Positions 1 to 12,939 of a stretch of 64,000 bases of DNA are shown here, in pieces. The stretch comes from Squalus acanthias (Eukaryota), in the NCBI GenBank assembly GCA_030390025.1, contig CM059432.1, positions 59,584,001 through 59,648,000 of the forward strand, read 5' to 3'. The notes under the pieces were generated by a model. It had not been told where the DNA came from and did no database searches. It worked only from the letters and a program-made list of their open reading frames with translations. Both the position numbers and the translations under genes were made by a program. Within the stretch, counting starts at the first letter, position 1. Each line of letters begins with the position of its first letter.

Positions 1-2280
1 ATGAGGTGGGCCAGGTCGACCAAATGTCTGTGGGAGAACACTTGGGTACGAGTGATCGTCGTATCATAAGATTTAGATTAGCAATGGAGAGGAGCAAGGA
101 ACAATCTAAAGTGGAACTTCTAAACTGGAATAGGGCTAACTTCAATGGGGTGCGAAAGGATCTAGCCAGGGTAAAATGAAACCAAAGACCGACAGCAAAA
201 ACTGTAACGGAACAATGGGTGATCTTTAAGGAGGAGATGTTCCAAGTACAGGCTAGGTACATTCCAACAAGAGGGAAGAGTAAGGGAACCAAAGCAAGGG
301 ATCCTTGGATGAAGAGTGAGATAGAGAAGATGATGAAACAAAAAGAGGGCGTATGATGAATGTCAGGTGAATTCTTCAAGGGAGAACCAGACCAAATACA
401 ATAAGTTGAGAGGGGAAGTGAAGATGAAAATAAGATTGGCAAAGAGAGAATATGAGAGTAGAATGGCAGTTAACATAAAAGGGAACCCAAAAAATCTTCT
501 ACCGGCATGTAAACAGTAAGCGAGTAGTAAGAGGCGGGGTGGGGCCTATTAGGGACAAATAAGGTGATATATGCTTAGAGGTGCAGGGCAAGGCTAGAAT
601 AGTCAATGAGTACTTTGTATCGGTGTTTACTAAGGAGGTGGATGCTGACAAAATATCGGTAGAAATGGAAAAGGTAGAAGCAATGGAAGGGGCGAAAATT
701 GATAGACAGGATGTACTAGAAAGGCTGGGTATTAGTGGATAGGTCACCTGGTCCAGATGGCTTGCATCCCAGATTGCTAAGGGAATTGGGGGAGGAGATA
801 GCAGAAGGGCTTGCCATAATTTTCCAATCTTCCCTAGATGCGGGGGAGGTGCCCGAGGATTGGAAAGTGGCAAATGTGACACCATCGTTCAAGAAAGGGT
901 GTAAGGACAATCCTAGTAACTACAGGCCGGTCAGTTTAACATCAGTGGTGGGTAAAGTTTTAGAAACAATAATCAAGGAAAAAATTAATGGGCAATTGGA
1001 GAGGTTTAAGCTAATTAAGGAGAGCCAACACGGATTTGTAAAAGGCAGATCATGTTTGACTAATCTAATTGAATTTTTTGATGAAGTAACAGGGAGGATT
1101 GATGAAGGGAATACAATGGATGTTGTCCACATGGATTTTAGGCAGGCGTTTGACACAAAGTACCACATAGAAGGCTGGTTAACTAAATTGAGTATCATGG
1201 AATAGGTGGGTTAGAGGCAGCTTGGATAAGGAATTGGCTTATGGACAGAAAACAGCGAGTTGTGGTAAGTGGCTGTTTTTCAGACTGGTGGATGGTAGAC
1301 AGTGGTGTTCCCCAAGGGTCAGTGCTGGGGCCACTGCTTTTTTTGATATGAGACCTGGATATTGGAATACAGAGTAGAATTTCTAAATTTGCCAATGACA
1401 CCAAACTTGGGGATGTGGCAAACAGTGAGGATGATACCAATCGACTGCAACAGGACATGGAAAGGCTAGCAGAATGGGCAGACAAGTGGCAGATGGAATT
1501 TAATAGAGAAGTGAGGTGATGCATTTTGGCAGAAGGAACAGGGAGAGGCAATATACACTTAATGGCACAGTTTTAAAGAGTGCAGGGACAGAGGGACCTG
1601 GGAGTTAATGTACATAGGTCTCCGAAGGTGGCAGGACATATTGAGAGAGTGGTTAGCAAAGCATATGGGATCTTGGGCTTCATAAATAGGAGGTATTGAG
1701 TACAAAAGTAGAGAGGTTATGCTGAACCTTTATAAAGCGCTGGTTAGGCCACAACTGGAGTACTGCGTCCAGTTCTGGTCACCACACTTTAGGAAGGATG
1801 TGAAGGCCCTGGAGAGGGTGCAGAGGAGATTTACCAGAATGGTTCCGGGGATGGGAGATCTTAGCTAAAGGACAGGTTGGAGAAGCTGGATTTGTTTTCA
1901 TTAGAGCAGGAGGTTGAGGGGTGATCTGATAGAGGTGTACAAGATTATAACGGGTTTGTATAGGCTAGACGGGGAAAGGCTGTTCCCACTAGTTGATGGT
2001 ATAAGGACTGGGGGGATACAGATTTAAGGTTTTGGGCAAGAGATACAAGGGGGATGTGAGGAAAAACTTTTTTATGCAGCGAGTGGTGAGGACCTGGAAC
2101 TCACTGCCGACGGAAGTGGTGGAAGTGGAGACACTCAATGTTTTCAAGGGGGGACTGGATAGGCACTTGAGGGAAATAAACTTGCAGGGCTACGGGGTCA
2201 GAGCGGGGGATTGCTCTACAGAGAGCCGGCACGGACTCGATGGGTCAAATGGCCTCCTTCTGTGCCGTTATGACTCTATA
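1..2280 (+). mobile_element. CR1 LINE, degenerate ORF2 (end of endonuclease, RT, C-terminus) plus 3' tail; nested in an outer CR1
   Basis: ORF 735-1205 has SPGPDGLHPRLLREL, NYRPVSLTSVVGK and QHGFVKGRSCLTNL; ORF 2032 has KNFFMQRVVRTWNSL; many frameshifts and stops. Confidence 0.95.
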
Positions 2281-2905
2281 GTTATGAGAATAGGGGACTT
2301 CAGTTATCCGAACACAGACTGGAAAAATAAGAGCGTAAAAGGCAAAGATGGGGAGGAAATCTTGAAATGTATACAAGAGAACTTCCTTCATCAGTACATT
2401 TCCAGCCTAACGAGGAAGGATGCAGTGCTGATCTAGTTCTGGGGAATGAAGTGGGGCAAGTGGAGCAAGTTTCAGTGGGGGCGCATTTAGGAAACAGTGA
2501 TCACAATATCATTAGGTTTAGAGTAGTTATGGAAAAGGACAAGGGCAAGGGCAAATAAAATGTGAAAATACGCAACTGGAGGAGGGCTAATTTCAGGGAG
2601 TTGAAAAGGAATCTGGCCCAGGCGGATTGGAATCAAAAACTGGTGGGTAAAACAGTAAATAAGAAATGACAGGCCTTCAAAGAGGAGCTAGTTCAGGAAC
2701 AGACGAGCCACATTCCCACAAGGTGGGAAAGGAAGGGCATCCAAAGTTAGTGCGCCCTGGATGACGAATGATGAGATTAAAATGAACTGAAAGAGGGAAT
2801 AAGAGGGGCAAACAAAGTGTATGAGAATATTAGCAGGTACCCAAAAAAGGAACCCAAAAGTCATTTATAAACATATAAAAGAGTAAAAGGTAATCAAAGG
2901 AAAGA

Positions 2906-3032
2906 CGAATGAGCATCGACCTGAAATATTAACTCTGTATCTCTCTCCACAGATGCTGCCTGACCTGTTGAATATTTCAAGCACTTTCGGTTTTTATTTC
3001 AGATTTCCAGCATCTGCAGTATTTTGCTTTTC
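2906..3032 (+). mobile_element. Short Penelope-associated element starting in a degenerate hammerhead core
   Basis: 15-bp TSD taatcaaaggaaaga (2891-2905 / 3033-3047); homologous to 22160-22279 and 36190-36329. Confidence 0.8.
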
Positions 3033-4254
3033 TAATCAAAGGAAAGATGGGGCTGATTGGGGAACAAAAAGTCGATAGTCTTGTGGAGTCAGAGGGCATG
3101 GCTGAGGTATTAAATGAGTACTTTGTATCTGTCTTCACTAAAGACCGGGGTTGGGGGGGGTGAGGGAAGTGAGACTAGCTGAAGTGCTCTTGCAGAGAGC
3201 TGGAATGGCCTCCTTTTGTGCTGTAACCATTCTATGATTCTAAGTGGAGGATGCTGCCAATGTCACAGTAAAGGAGGAGGTGGTGTTAGAGAAAATGGAT
3301 AGGATAAAAAAAAAATCTACACAATTTACTTTTAACACCTTTTTAGACTTAAAGTACTTTAATTACGTTTTTTAAATGACTAATTTGATTTTTGGACAAA
3401 ATATGCATGATTCTGTTCTCGTGCTGTTGACGGTCTCTCAAGCTTTGGCGTTTTTTCCATTTTTATTGTACGGTCATTAATGAAGCAGTGTTGAATATAA
3501 GTGACAGTGTATCTTTGCTTATGCTATCTCACAACCATGTCAAAGAAACACGTTCCTCAAAAAGGTGGAAGGTCGCCACTATTGAAGATGTGTGCGGACA
3601 TGAGGTAGGACAGGAGGGGGCTTGGCTGTGATGCCTCCTGTAGTCAAAAAACTTTGCAATAATTATGGTCAAGGCTCACACATGTATAATGGCCAGTTGG
3701 GCTAGACTCAGGAGGATGACTGTCTCATGGAATGATAAAGAGGTACATAAAAGGTTGGCAGCGCGCAAAGTAGAAAGGCCACCCGGTCCAGATGGGATGC
3801 GTCCTAGGTTGCTGAGGGAAGCAAGGGTGGAAATTGCAGAGGCTCTGGCCACAATCTTCCCATCCTCCTTAGATATGGGACTGGTGCCAACAGGATTGCA
3901 AATTTTACACCCTTGTTCAAAAAAGGGAAGAGGGATAAACCCGGCAATTACAGGCCAGTCAGCCCACGTCAGTGGTGGGGAAACTTTGGGAGACAATAAT
4001 CTGGGACAAAATTAATTGGCATTTGGAAAAATATGGGTTAATAAATAAAAGCCAGCACGGATTTGTTAAAGACAAATTGTGTTTGACTAACTTGATTGAG
4101 TTCTTTGATGAAGTAACGGAGAGGGTTGATGTGGGTAGTACAGTTGATGTTGCATACATTTATTGTTGTACCACATAATAAATAGACTTATTAGCAAAAT
4201 TGAAGCCTGTGGGATTAAAGGGGCTGTGGCTGCGTAGTTACGAAATTAACTAAA

Positions 4255-4717
4255 AAATAAAAAAAAAGACAGACTTACATTTATATAGTGCCTTGCACGA
4301 CCTCAGGACGTCCCAAAGCGCTTACAGCCAATGAAGTACTCTATTTTATTGAAGTGTAATCACTGTTGTCATGCAGAAAACGCGGCAGCCAAGATGCGCA
4401 AAGCAAGATCCCACAAACAATGAGATAATGACCAGATAATCTGTTTTAGTGATGTTGATTGAGGGATAAATATTGGCCAGGACACCAGGGATAACTCCTA
4501 TGCTCTTCTTAGAAATAGTGCCATGTGATCCCAGGTCATGGGACGTGACAGAGCAACTCAGTTCATCTGAAAGACGGCACATCCAACAGTGCAGCACGCC
4601 CTCAGTACTACAGTGGAGTGTCAGCTTAGACTTGTGTGTTCAAGTCTCTGGAGTGGGGCTTGAACCCACAACCTTCTGGCTCAGAGGTGAGAATGCTACC
4701 AACTGAGCCACGGCTGA
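4255..4717 (-). mobile_element. tRNA-derived Deu-domain-type SINE (SacSINE1/AmnSINE1-like) with L2-type 3' tail
   Basis: Minus-strand head tggctcagttggt...gggttcaagccc; body shared with 6570, 19155, 24201 and 58520; flanked by an actaa duplication. Confidence 0.85.
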
Positions 4718-6564
4718 CTAAGGGACAGAAAGCAGAAACTAGCGGTGAATGATTGTTTTGCAGACTGGAGGGAAATGTGCAGTGGTGTCCCCAGGTGTCA
4801 TGGTTAGGATTACTGCTCTTTTTGATATATATTAATGAGCTGGACTTTGGTATACAGGGCATAATTTCAACGTTAGCAGATGACACGGAACTCGGAAATG
4901 TAGTAAACAGTGAGGAGGATAGAAACAGACTTCAGGAGGACATACACACTGATGAAATGGGCAAACACATGGCAGATGAAATTTAACACAGAAGTGTGAA
5001 GTGATTCATTTTGGTAGGAAGAATGAGGAGAGGCAATATAAAGTAAAAGGTACAATTTTAAACGGGGTGCAGGAAGAGACCTGGGGCTGTACATACAGAA
5101 GAAGTCTTTGATGGTGGCAGAACAAGTTGTGAAGGCTGTTAAAAAGGCACACAGAATCCTTGGCTTTATAAATGTACAATTTAAGGCTAGAACCTTAAAG
5201 GTTAACAAAGCAGTTAATAAACCATGTGAGATCCTGGGCTTTATAAATAGAGGATTAGAGTACAAAAGCCAGGAATGTATATATAAAACACTAGTTCACA
5301 GCCCCAGCTGGAGTATTGTGTCCAATTCTGGGCACCACACTTTAGGAAGGACATGAAGGCTTTGGAGAGGGTACAGAAGAGATTTACTGGAATGGTTCCA
5401 AGGATGAGGGATTACAGTTACTTAGATGGACTGGAGAAGCTGGGGTTGTACTCCTTCGAGCAGAGAAGGCTAAGAGGAGATTTGATGGAGGCGTTTAAAA
5501 TCATGAAGGGTTTAGATAGAGTAAAAAAAGAGAAACTGTTTCACAGATTTAAGGTGATTGGTAAAAGAACCAGGGGCAACATGAGGAAAAAAATGTTTAC
5601 GCAACGCGTGGTTGGGATTTGGAATGTACTACTCGATAGGATGGTGGATACAGATTCAATAGTAGCCTTCAAAAGGGAATTGGATAAATACTTGAAGGAG
5701 AAAAAAATTGCACGGATATGGGGAAAGAGCAGGGGAGTGGGACTAACTGAATTGCTCTTCGAAAGAGTCGGCGCAAACTTGATGGGCTGAATGGCCGTCT
5801 TCTGTGCTCTATTATTCCATGATTCTATATTTCGTCACCAACCTTGTCTGCATCAAAAAAGTGTAAGATCTATGCAAGAATTGCATCACTAATGTTCATA
5901 TGGCACCACTGCAAACTTGTGAGGAAGCAACATGGATGCTCAAACTCATTTGAGATTAGGCTATTTCAGGAACCCCCCCTCCCCAACACAATAATGTAAT
6001 ATCTTTTTAAAACAAAAGTTTGACCATCTCTTTTCTACACAGCGAGACTGAACTGAACATTGAACAGTTTACAGAAAAGTTATTTTTTGCTTCCAAATTT
6101 TCTCCCATGCTCTCTTGAAGATATAGACTCATGTTGGGGTACAACTGACCAAACGGCCATTCTTCACACACAAGTTCAGTCAGTGTCACTTGGCTATTCA
6201 ACTCGACAGGTACCTCAGCCACATCTGAACCTTTATCTACAGACACATGCTTTGCAGCAGGGTAACTGAATAGTGATCAGAACAAGGACCTTCAGCAAAC
6301 CCCTTCCCAACTCCCACCTTCCTAGCCAAGGTTGAAGCCACTCTGCTACGACACAAGAGATCCGCTCTTCTTCAGCCAACGTGCATGAGTTTGCTTTCTC
6401 GAGAAGAACTGCCAGTGAATGTTTTGTTCATTTAGCAATTCGGACAATAGGCTAGATTTACTTTAATGGCATCCACATCTTAGTTTTTCGAATGTCAATA
6501 AAAGATCAGACTCAGTAAGTTTCCCGTGTGAGTTTTAGTCCTTTATCAAAATAATCCTAACGAA

Positions 6565-7010
6565 AGAAAGAATTTATAAAGCACATTTCATGACCTCAGG
6601 ATATCCCAAAGCGCTTTACAGCCAATTAATTACAATTTGAAGTGTAGTCACTGTTGTAACGTAGGAAACACAGACAATCTGTGCACAGCAAGTTCCCACC
6701 AACAGCAACGTGATAATGACCAGATAATCTGTTTGTGATGTTGGTTGAGGGATAAATATTGGCCAGGGCACTGGGGGGAACTTCCCTGCTCTTCTTCAAA
6801 TAGTGCCATGGTATTTTTTACAGCCATCCGAGAGGGTAAAAGGGATCTCGGTTTAATGTCTCATCCGAAAGACGGCACCTCTTGACACTGCTGCACTCCC
6901 TCAACAATGTACTAAAGTGTCAGCCTAGACTTTGCACTCAAGTCTCTGGAGTGGAACTTATACCCACAACCTTCTGATTCAGGGGCGAGAGGGCTAACAG
7001 TGAGCTATAA
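6565..7010 (-). mobile_element. Deu-type tRNA SINE
   Basis: Collinear homology with 4255-4717. Confidence 0.85.
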
Positions 7011-7203
7011 CTAATTGCTTCTTCTTACTCAATCCAGGATATTATTAAAGGTTTCCCACTACACAAAATTAACCTGCTGCAGTAACTATACACAGTAGCT
7101 TGGGATTAAATGCATATGGCTCAAACTACGTAAAGCCAAATTTATGTTGAAATTACAACCACAATTTTTCTCTTCCCACTTAGACTGCACATAGAGTTAC
7201 ATA

Positions 7204-7953
7204 GGCCCTGAATTTCCGATCAGAGGCTTCCTGCGGGCGGATGCCAACAATCGGAAAAAAAAATCTATGAACCTACCTGCTGGTTCTGTAGATCCCGAGG
7301 CTTCCGATCCGGACCGCTCCTGTTGGAAATGCGCAGAGGCCCACGTATCCCTGGGGCGCATGCGGTTCGCAAACACCCCTGGGATCACGTGGGCCAGGCG
7401 AACCAATCAAAGAAGGGAACCCCCCCTTCATACTTTTGACAGTTCTCTACGCACGGAACTGTCAAAAGTATGAATGGGGATCACATTTAAAAACACACTA
7501 AAACATTAAATACATTTTTTCAAACATTACATAATTAAAATTCTATTTAATTAAAAAAAAAAATTTGAAAAATAATTAAATGTTTTTAGGGGGCTAAAAA
7601 TAAACTTACCTTTTTGAAGAGTATTTTTAATTTCTAAGTGAGTTATCAAATTAAATTTTTCTATTTTTCAACACTCTTAAGCTGGTAAAAGCAGGCCTTA
7701 CGCCTGCTTTTACCAGGCGTAAGAATTCTATGGCCTTTCAGCGGGCGGAAGTTATGCAAAAAGCGCAACTCTCCACCCACAGAGGCACTTTACCCGGGCA
7801 GGCGGATGATCCGTCAAGAGAAATCTTGACGGATCGCAAGAGCCGGTTTTCAGCGCATGCGCTTCGCATGCCTGAAACCGGCACTTGCGAGGCCCCTAGA
7901 GGTGTGTCGTACACACCTCGTACGCACCCGTGGGGGGTCGGAAAATCCGGCCC
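7204..7953. mobile_element. Non-autonomous DNA transposon (Harbinger-like MITE) with internal hairpins
   Basis: Imperfect TIRs ggccctgaatttccga / tcggaaaatccggccc; 3-bp TSD ATA (7201-7203, 7954-7956); inserted into the microsatellite tail of a CR1. Confidence 0.75.
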
Positions 7954-8815
7954 ATAGAGTCTACAGCACAGACACAGGCCATTTGGCCCAACTGGTCTAA
8001 GCTGGCATTTATGCGCCACATGAGCCTCCTCCCACCCCTCTTCATATCCTTGTATTCCTTTCTCCCTCATGTGCTTATCTAGCTTCCCCTTAAATGCATT
8101 TATGCTATTCACCTCAACTACTGCTTGTGGTAGCGAGTTCTACATTCTTACCACTCTTTGGGTGAAGACGTTTCTCCCGATTTCCCTATTGGAGTCATTG
8201 GTGACCATCTTATATATGGCCCTTAGTTTTAGTCTCCCCACAAGTGAAAACATCTTCTCTACGTCTACCTTATCAAACCCCTTCATAATTTTAACGACTT
8301 CTATTAAGTCACCCCTCAGCCTTCTGTTTACTAGAGAAAAGAGCCCCAGCCTGTTCAGCCTTTCCTGATAAGTATATCCGCTCAGTTCTGGTATCGTCCT
8401 AGTGAATCTTTTTTGCATCTTCCCAGTGCCTCTGTTTTATCCTTTTTTATATAATATGGAGAGCAGAACTGTGCACAATACAACAAGTGTGGTCTAACCA
8501 AAGTTCGATACAAGTTTAATATAAGTTCTCTGCTTTTCAATTCTATCCCATTGGAAGTGAACCAGAGTGCTTGGCTTGCTTTTTTAAAAAAATGGCCTTA
8601 TTAACCTACATCGCTACTTTTAGTGACTTGTGTATCGATACTCCTAGATCCTTTTGCTCTTCTACCCCATTTAATCTATTATACAAGCAGTATGTGGCCT
8701 CCTTATTCTTCCCATCAAAATGTAACATCTAACACTTATCTATACTGAAATTAATCTGCCAATTACACGCTCATTCTGCAAGTTTATTAATGTCATCTTG
8801 TACTTTGTTACAATC
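7954..8815 (-). mobile_element. CR1 LINE 3' fragment
   Basis: ORF 8140-8418 MQKRFTRTIPEL...RRLRGDLIEV...FTQRVVRM. Confidence 0.92.
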
Positions 8816-9241
8816 TTGTACAGGTTTCACATTAACAATCTGCTCTACTGAAGCACAGGGTCCTCAAGATAGGTGATGTTTAGGTAGTTGCTCAGCACAT
8901 TTATAAGATAGCTTACTCGAATAAAGCCATGATGGCAGCACTAATAAGACCCCCCAACTCAGCTTATGCCTTGAAACAAACTAGTACTAGATTGCTGCCA
9001 CTCAGATGTTTCAGTTACATATCCAAACAATTTGATTTGATATTCTTAATATAAAATTGTTCATCTGGTTAAAGTATTCCAGAGTACGACATTGCACATA
9101 CACAATCAAAGGTCAACAATTCGCAGAGGTTTGGAAATAAAGTAGATGTCAACAAGCTGCTGATAACTCATCGGCAGCAGCAACGCAGAACGTACAACGA
9201 GTGCATCCTTACCATTCACTCACATTCAAACCCACCATACT

Positions 9242-11251
9242 ATTTTTAATTCATTCACGGGATGTGGGCGTCGCTGGCAAGGCCAGCATTTATTGCCCAT
9301 CCCTAACTGTCACTGAGAAGGTGGTGGTGAGCTGCCTTCTTGAACCACTGCAGTCCGTGTGGTGAAGGTACTCCCACAATATTATTAGGTAGGGGGTGCA
9401 GAACTTTGACCCAGTGATGATGAAGGAAGGGAAATATATTTCCAAGTCAGGATGACGTGTGATTTGCAGGGGAACTTTGAAGTGGCGGTGTTCCCATGCG
9501 CCTGCTGTCCTTGTCCTTCCAGGTGGTAGAGGTTGTGGTTTGGGAGGTGTTGTTGAAGAAGCCTTGGCGAGTTGCTGCACACTGCAGCCACGGTGCGGGG
9601 AGTGAATGTTTAAGGTGGTGGATGGTGTGCCGAACATGCAGGCCGCTTTGTCCCGGATGGTGTCGAGTCTCTTGAGTGTTGTTGGAGCTGCACTCATCCA
9701 GGCAAGTGGAAAGTATTCCATCACACTCCTGGCTTGTGCCGTGTAGTTGGTGGAAAGGCTTGGGGGAAGTCAGGAGATGAATCACTTTCCGCAGAATACC
9801 CAGCCTCTGACCTGCTCTTGTAGCCACAGTATTTATGTGGCTGGTCCAGTTAAGTTTCTGGTCAATGGTGACCCCCCCAGGATGTTGATGGTGGGGGATT
9901 CCACGATGGTGATGCCATTGATTGTCAAGGACAGGTGGTTAGACTCTCTCTTGTTGGAGATAGTCATTGCCTGGCACGAATGTTACTTGCCACTTATCAG
10001 CCCAAGCCTCAATGTTGTCCAGGTCTTGCTGCATGCGGGCTTCATTATCTGAGGAATTACAAATCGAACTGAATGTCCTTTGGAGAAAGAAACCTGCCAT
10101 CCTTACCCTGTGCAATCAGAGAGCATCCCCACTTCTGACCTTATGATGGAGGGAAGGTCATTGGTGAAGCAACTGAAGATGGTTGGGCCTAGGACACTGC
10201 CCTGAGGAACTCCTGAAGCAACATCCTGGGGCCAACATTATTGGCCTCCAACAACCAGAACCATCTTCCTTTGCGCTAGACATGACTCCAACCAGTGGAA
10301 AGTCCCCCCCCCCCCACCCCCCATTCCGATTGATTTCAATTTTACATGGGCTCCTTGGTGCCACACTCGGTCAAATGCTGCCTTGATGTCAAGGGCAGTC
10401 ACTCTCACCTCACCTCTGGAATTCAGCTCTTTTATCCATGTTTGGACCTAGGCTGTAATGGCACCTGGAGCTGAGTGGTCCTGGCGGAACCCAAACTGAG
10501 CATCGGTGAACAGGTTATTGATGAGTAAGTGCCGCTTGATACCACTGTCAACGACACCTTCCATCACTTTGCTGATGATTGAGAGTAGGCTGATGGGGCG
10601 ATAATTGGCCGGATTGGACTAGTCCTACTTTTTGTTGATCAGACATACCTGGGCAGTTTTCCACATTGTCGGGTAGATGCCAGTGTTGTAGCTGTACTGG
10701 AACAGCTTGGCTAGAGGCGCAGCTAGTTCTGGAGCACAAGTCTTCAGCACGACAGCTGGGATGTTGTTGGGGCTCATAGCCTTTGCTGTATCCAATGTGC
10801 TCAGCTGATTCTTGAGTGAATCAAACTGGCATCTGTGATGGTGGGCAACTCAGGAGGAGGCCGAGATGGATCATCCACTCAGCACTTCTGGCTGAAGATG
10901 GATGCTAATGCTTCAGCCTTTTCTTTTGCACTCACGTGCTGGGCTCTGCCATCGTTGAGGATGGGGCTGTTCATGGAGCCTGTTCCCATTATTTGTTTAA
11001 TTGTCCACCACCATTCATGACTGGATATGGCAGGACTGAAGAGTTTTGATCAGATCGGTTAGTTGTGGGATTGCTTAGCTCTGTCCATAGCATGCTGCTG
11101 CTGCATGCATGTAGTCCTCATCTTCAGGTACACTTGGTGCTGCTCCTGGCATGCTCTTCTACACTTCTCATTGAACTAGGGTTGGCTGCCTGGCAATGAT
11201 AGAGTGAGGGATATGCAGGGGCATAAGGTTACAGATTGTAATGGATTACAG

Positions 11252-11286
<35 letters not shown>

Positions 11287-12306
11287 ATGGCCCACAGTGC
11301 CTCATGGATGCCAAGTTTTGAGTTGCTAGATCTGTTCATTTGGCACACAACACAAATGGAGGGTGTCCTCAGTGTGAAGACTGGACTTCGTCGCCACAAG
11401 GTTGTGACTCCTACCAATACTGTCATGTACAGATGCATCTACGACAGGTAGATTGGTGAGGCCTAGGACAAGTAGGTTCGCTCACTACCTGCCGCAAGCC
11501 TAGTCTGGCAGACTTGATCAGTAGTGGTGCTACTAAACCACTCTTGGTGCTACTGAGCCACTCTTGGTGATGGACATTGAAGTCCCCCACCCAGAATACA
11601 TTTTGTGCCCTCGCTACCCTCAGTGCTTCTTCCAAGTGGCGTTCAATATGGAGGAGTACTGAATCATCAGCTGAGGAAGGACGGTAGGTGACAATCAGCA
11701 GGAGGTTTCCTTGTCCATGTTTGACCTGATGCCATGAGGCTTCACGGAGTCCGGAGTCAATGGTAAGGACAGGCCATACCCTGCGATGGTGATGGGACAT
11801 TGGCTGATAGTCATACTCACAAAATCATACCCATGTCAGGCTTTTGCTTGATTAGTCTGTGGGACAGCTCTCTCAATTTTGATACAAGTCCCCAGATGTT
11901 AGCGAGGAGGACTTTGTAGGGTCTGGGTGCGCCTTTGTCATGTCCAAATCCAATGCCTAGGTGGTCTGTCCTGTTTTATTCTTATTATACCTTTTTGTAG
12001 CAGGTTTGGTACAACGGAGTGGCTTGCTCAGCCATTTCAGAGGGCAGTTAAGAGTCAACCACATTGCTGTGGGTCTGGAGTCACATATAGGCCAGATGGC
12101 AGGTTTCCTTCCCTAAAGGACATTAGTGAACAATCTGATAGCTTCATGATCACCATTACTGTTGCTAGCTTTTTATTCCAGATTTATTTAATTAACTGAA
12201 TTCAAATTCACAAACTGCCTTGGGGGATTTGAACTCATGTCTCCGGATTAATAGTCGAGACCCCTAGATTACTAGTCCTGTAACATAAACACTATGCTAC
12301 CGTACC
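9242..12306 (-). mobile_element. Near full-length single-ORF CR1-group (Zenon-like) LINE with tRNA-like 5' head (copy A)
   Basis: Head with A box (12289-12299) and B box (12225-12234), then APE (WVGDFNVHHQEW), RT, and 3' end gggatgggcaataaatgctggcc...cacatccc; collinear with 15483-18138. Confidence 0.88.
11254..11286 (+). repeat. (CTG)11 microsatellite
   Basis: Read directly; the homologous site has only about 3 units in other copies. Confidence 0.95.
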
Positions 12307-12537
12307 AGTTACTGTAATTCCAGCTGTCTTTCCAACCTCGTAAAAACACTAAACATCACAGCAGACACCAATCTCAAAAGCAGTCATTAAACCATTTTCA
12401 TTCAATGAGAATTGGCAGTGCAAATGGCAAAAATTTCATTATTACAACTCTAAATTAACCTTGAAGTTCAAATTAATGCACAGGACTCTACAATTAAATT
12501 TCTTCCCACTGATCAATTGCTTCATCGTATAATAAAA

Positions 12538-12930
12538 GACATGAATTTATATAATGCCTTTCACGACCACCGGACGTCCCAAAGCGCTTTACAGCCAATG
12601 AATTACTTTTGAAGTGTAGTCACTGTTGTAATGCAAGAAATGTGGCAGCCAATTTGCACACAGCAAGCTCCCACAAGCAGCACTGTGATAATAAGAGGCT
12701 GTAAAGATCACTGTACTTGCTGCAATGGCATTGGTTTCTAGTGTGACTGAATGGTAAGAATACAGTCACTGCAAATACTTCCTATCTGTTACCAGTCCAG
12801 CCTTGGCTCAGTGGTAGCACTCTCACCTGAATCAGATGGTGTGGGTTCAAGCCCCACTCCAGAACTTGAGCAGATACTCCACTCAGAAAACAGCTCAGTA
12901 CTGAAGGAGTACTGCATTGTTGGAGGTGCT
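12538..12930. mobile_element. Two Deu-type SINE fragments (3' part on minus, tRNA head on plus)
   Basis: 12538-12690 matches the SINE tail; 12795-12930 has tggctcagtggtag...gggttcaagccc. Confidence 0.75.
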
Positions 12931-12939
12931 TTGTTTGGG

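Larger units (their letters stand above)
2281..5826 (+). mobile_element. CR1 LINE, degenerate ORF2 and 3' UTR, interrupted by several small insertions
   Basis: GDFSYPNTDW, GNSDHN, PGPDGMRPRLL, QHGFVKDKLCLTNL and LERVQKRFT motifs occur in collinear order. Confidence 0.93.

Noticed and set aside
6007..6480. Possible further GAREM1 exon in unique-looking sequence
   Set aside because: No frame resembles the expected neighbouring GAREM1 peptide, and there is no convincing splice pair.
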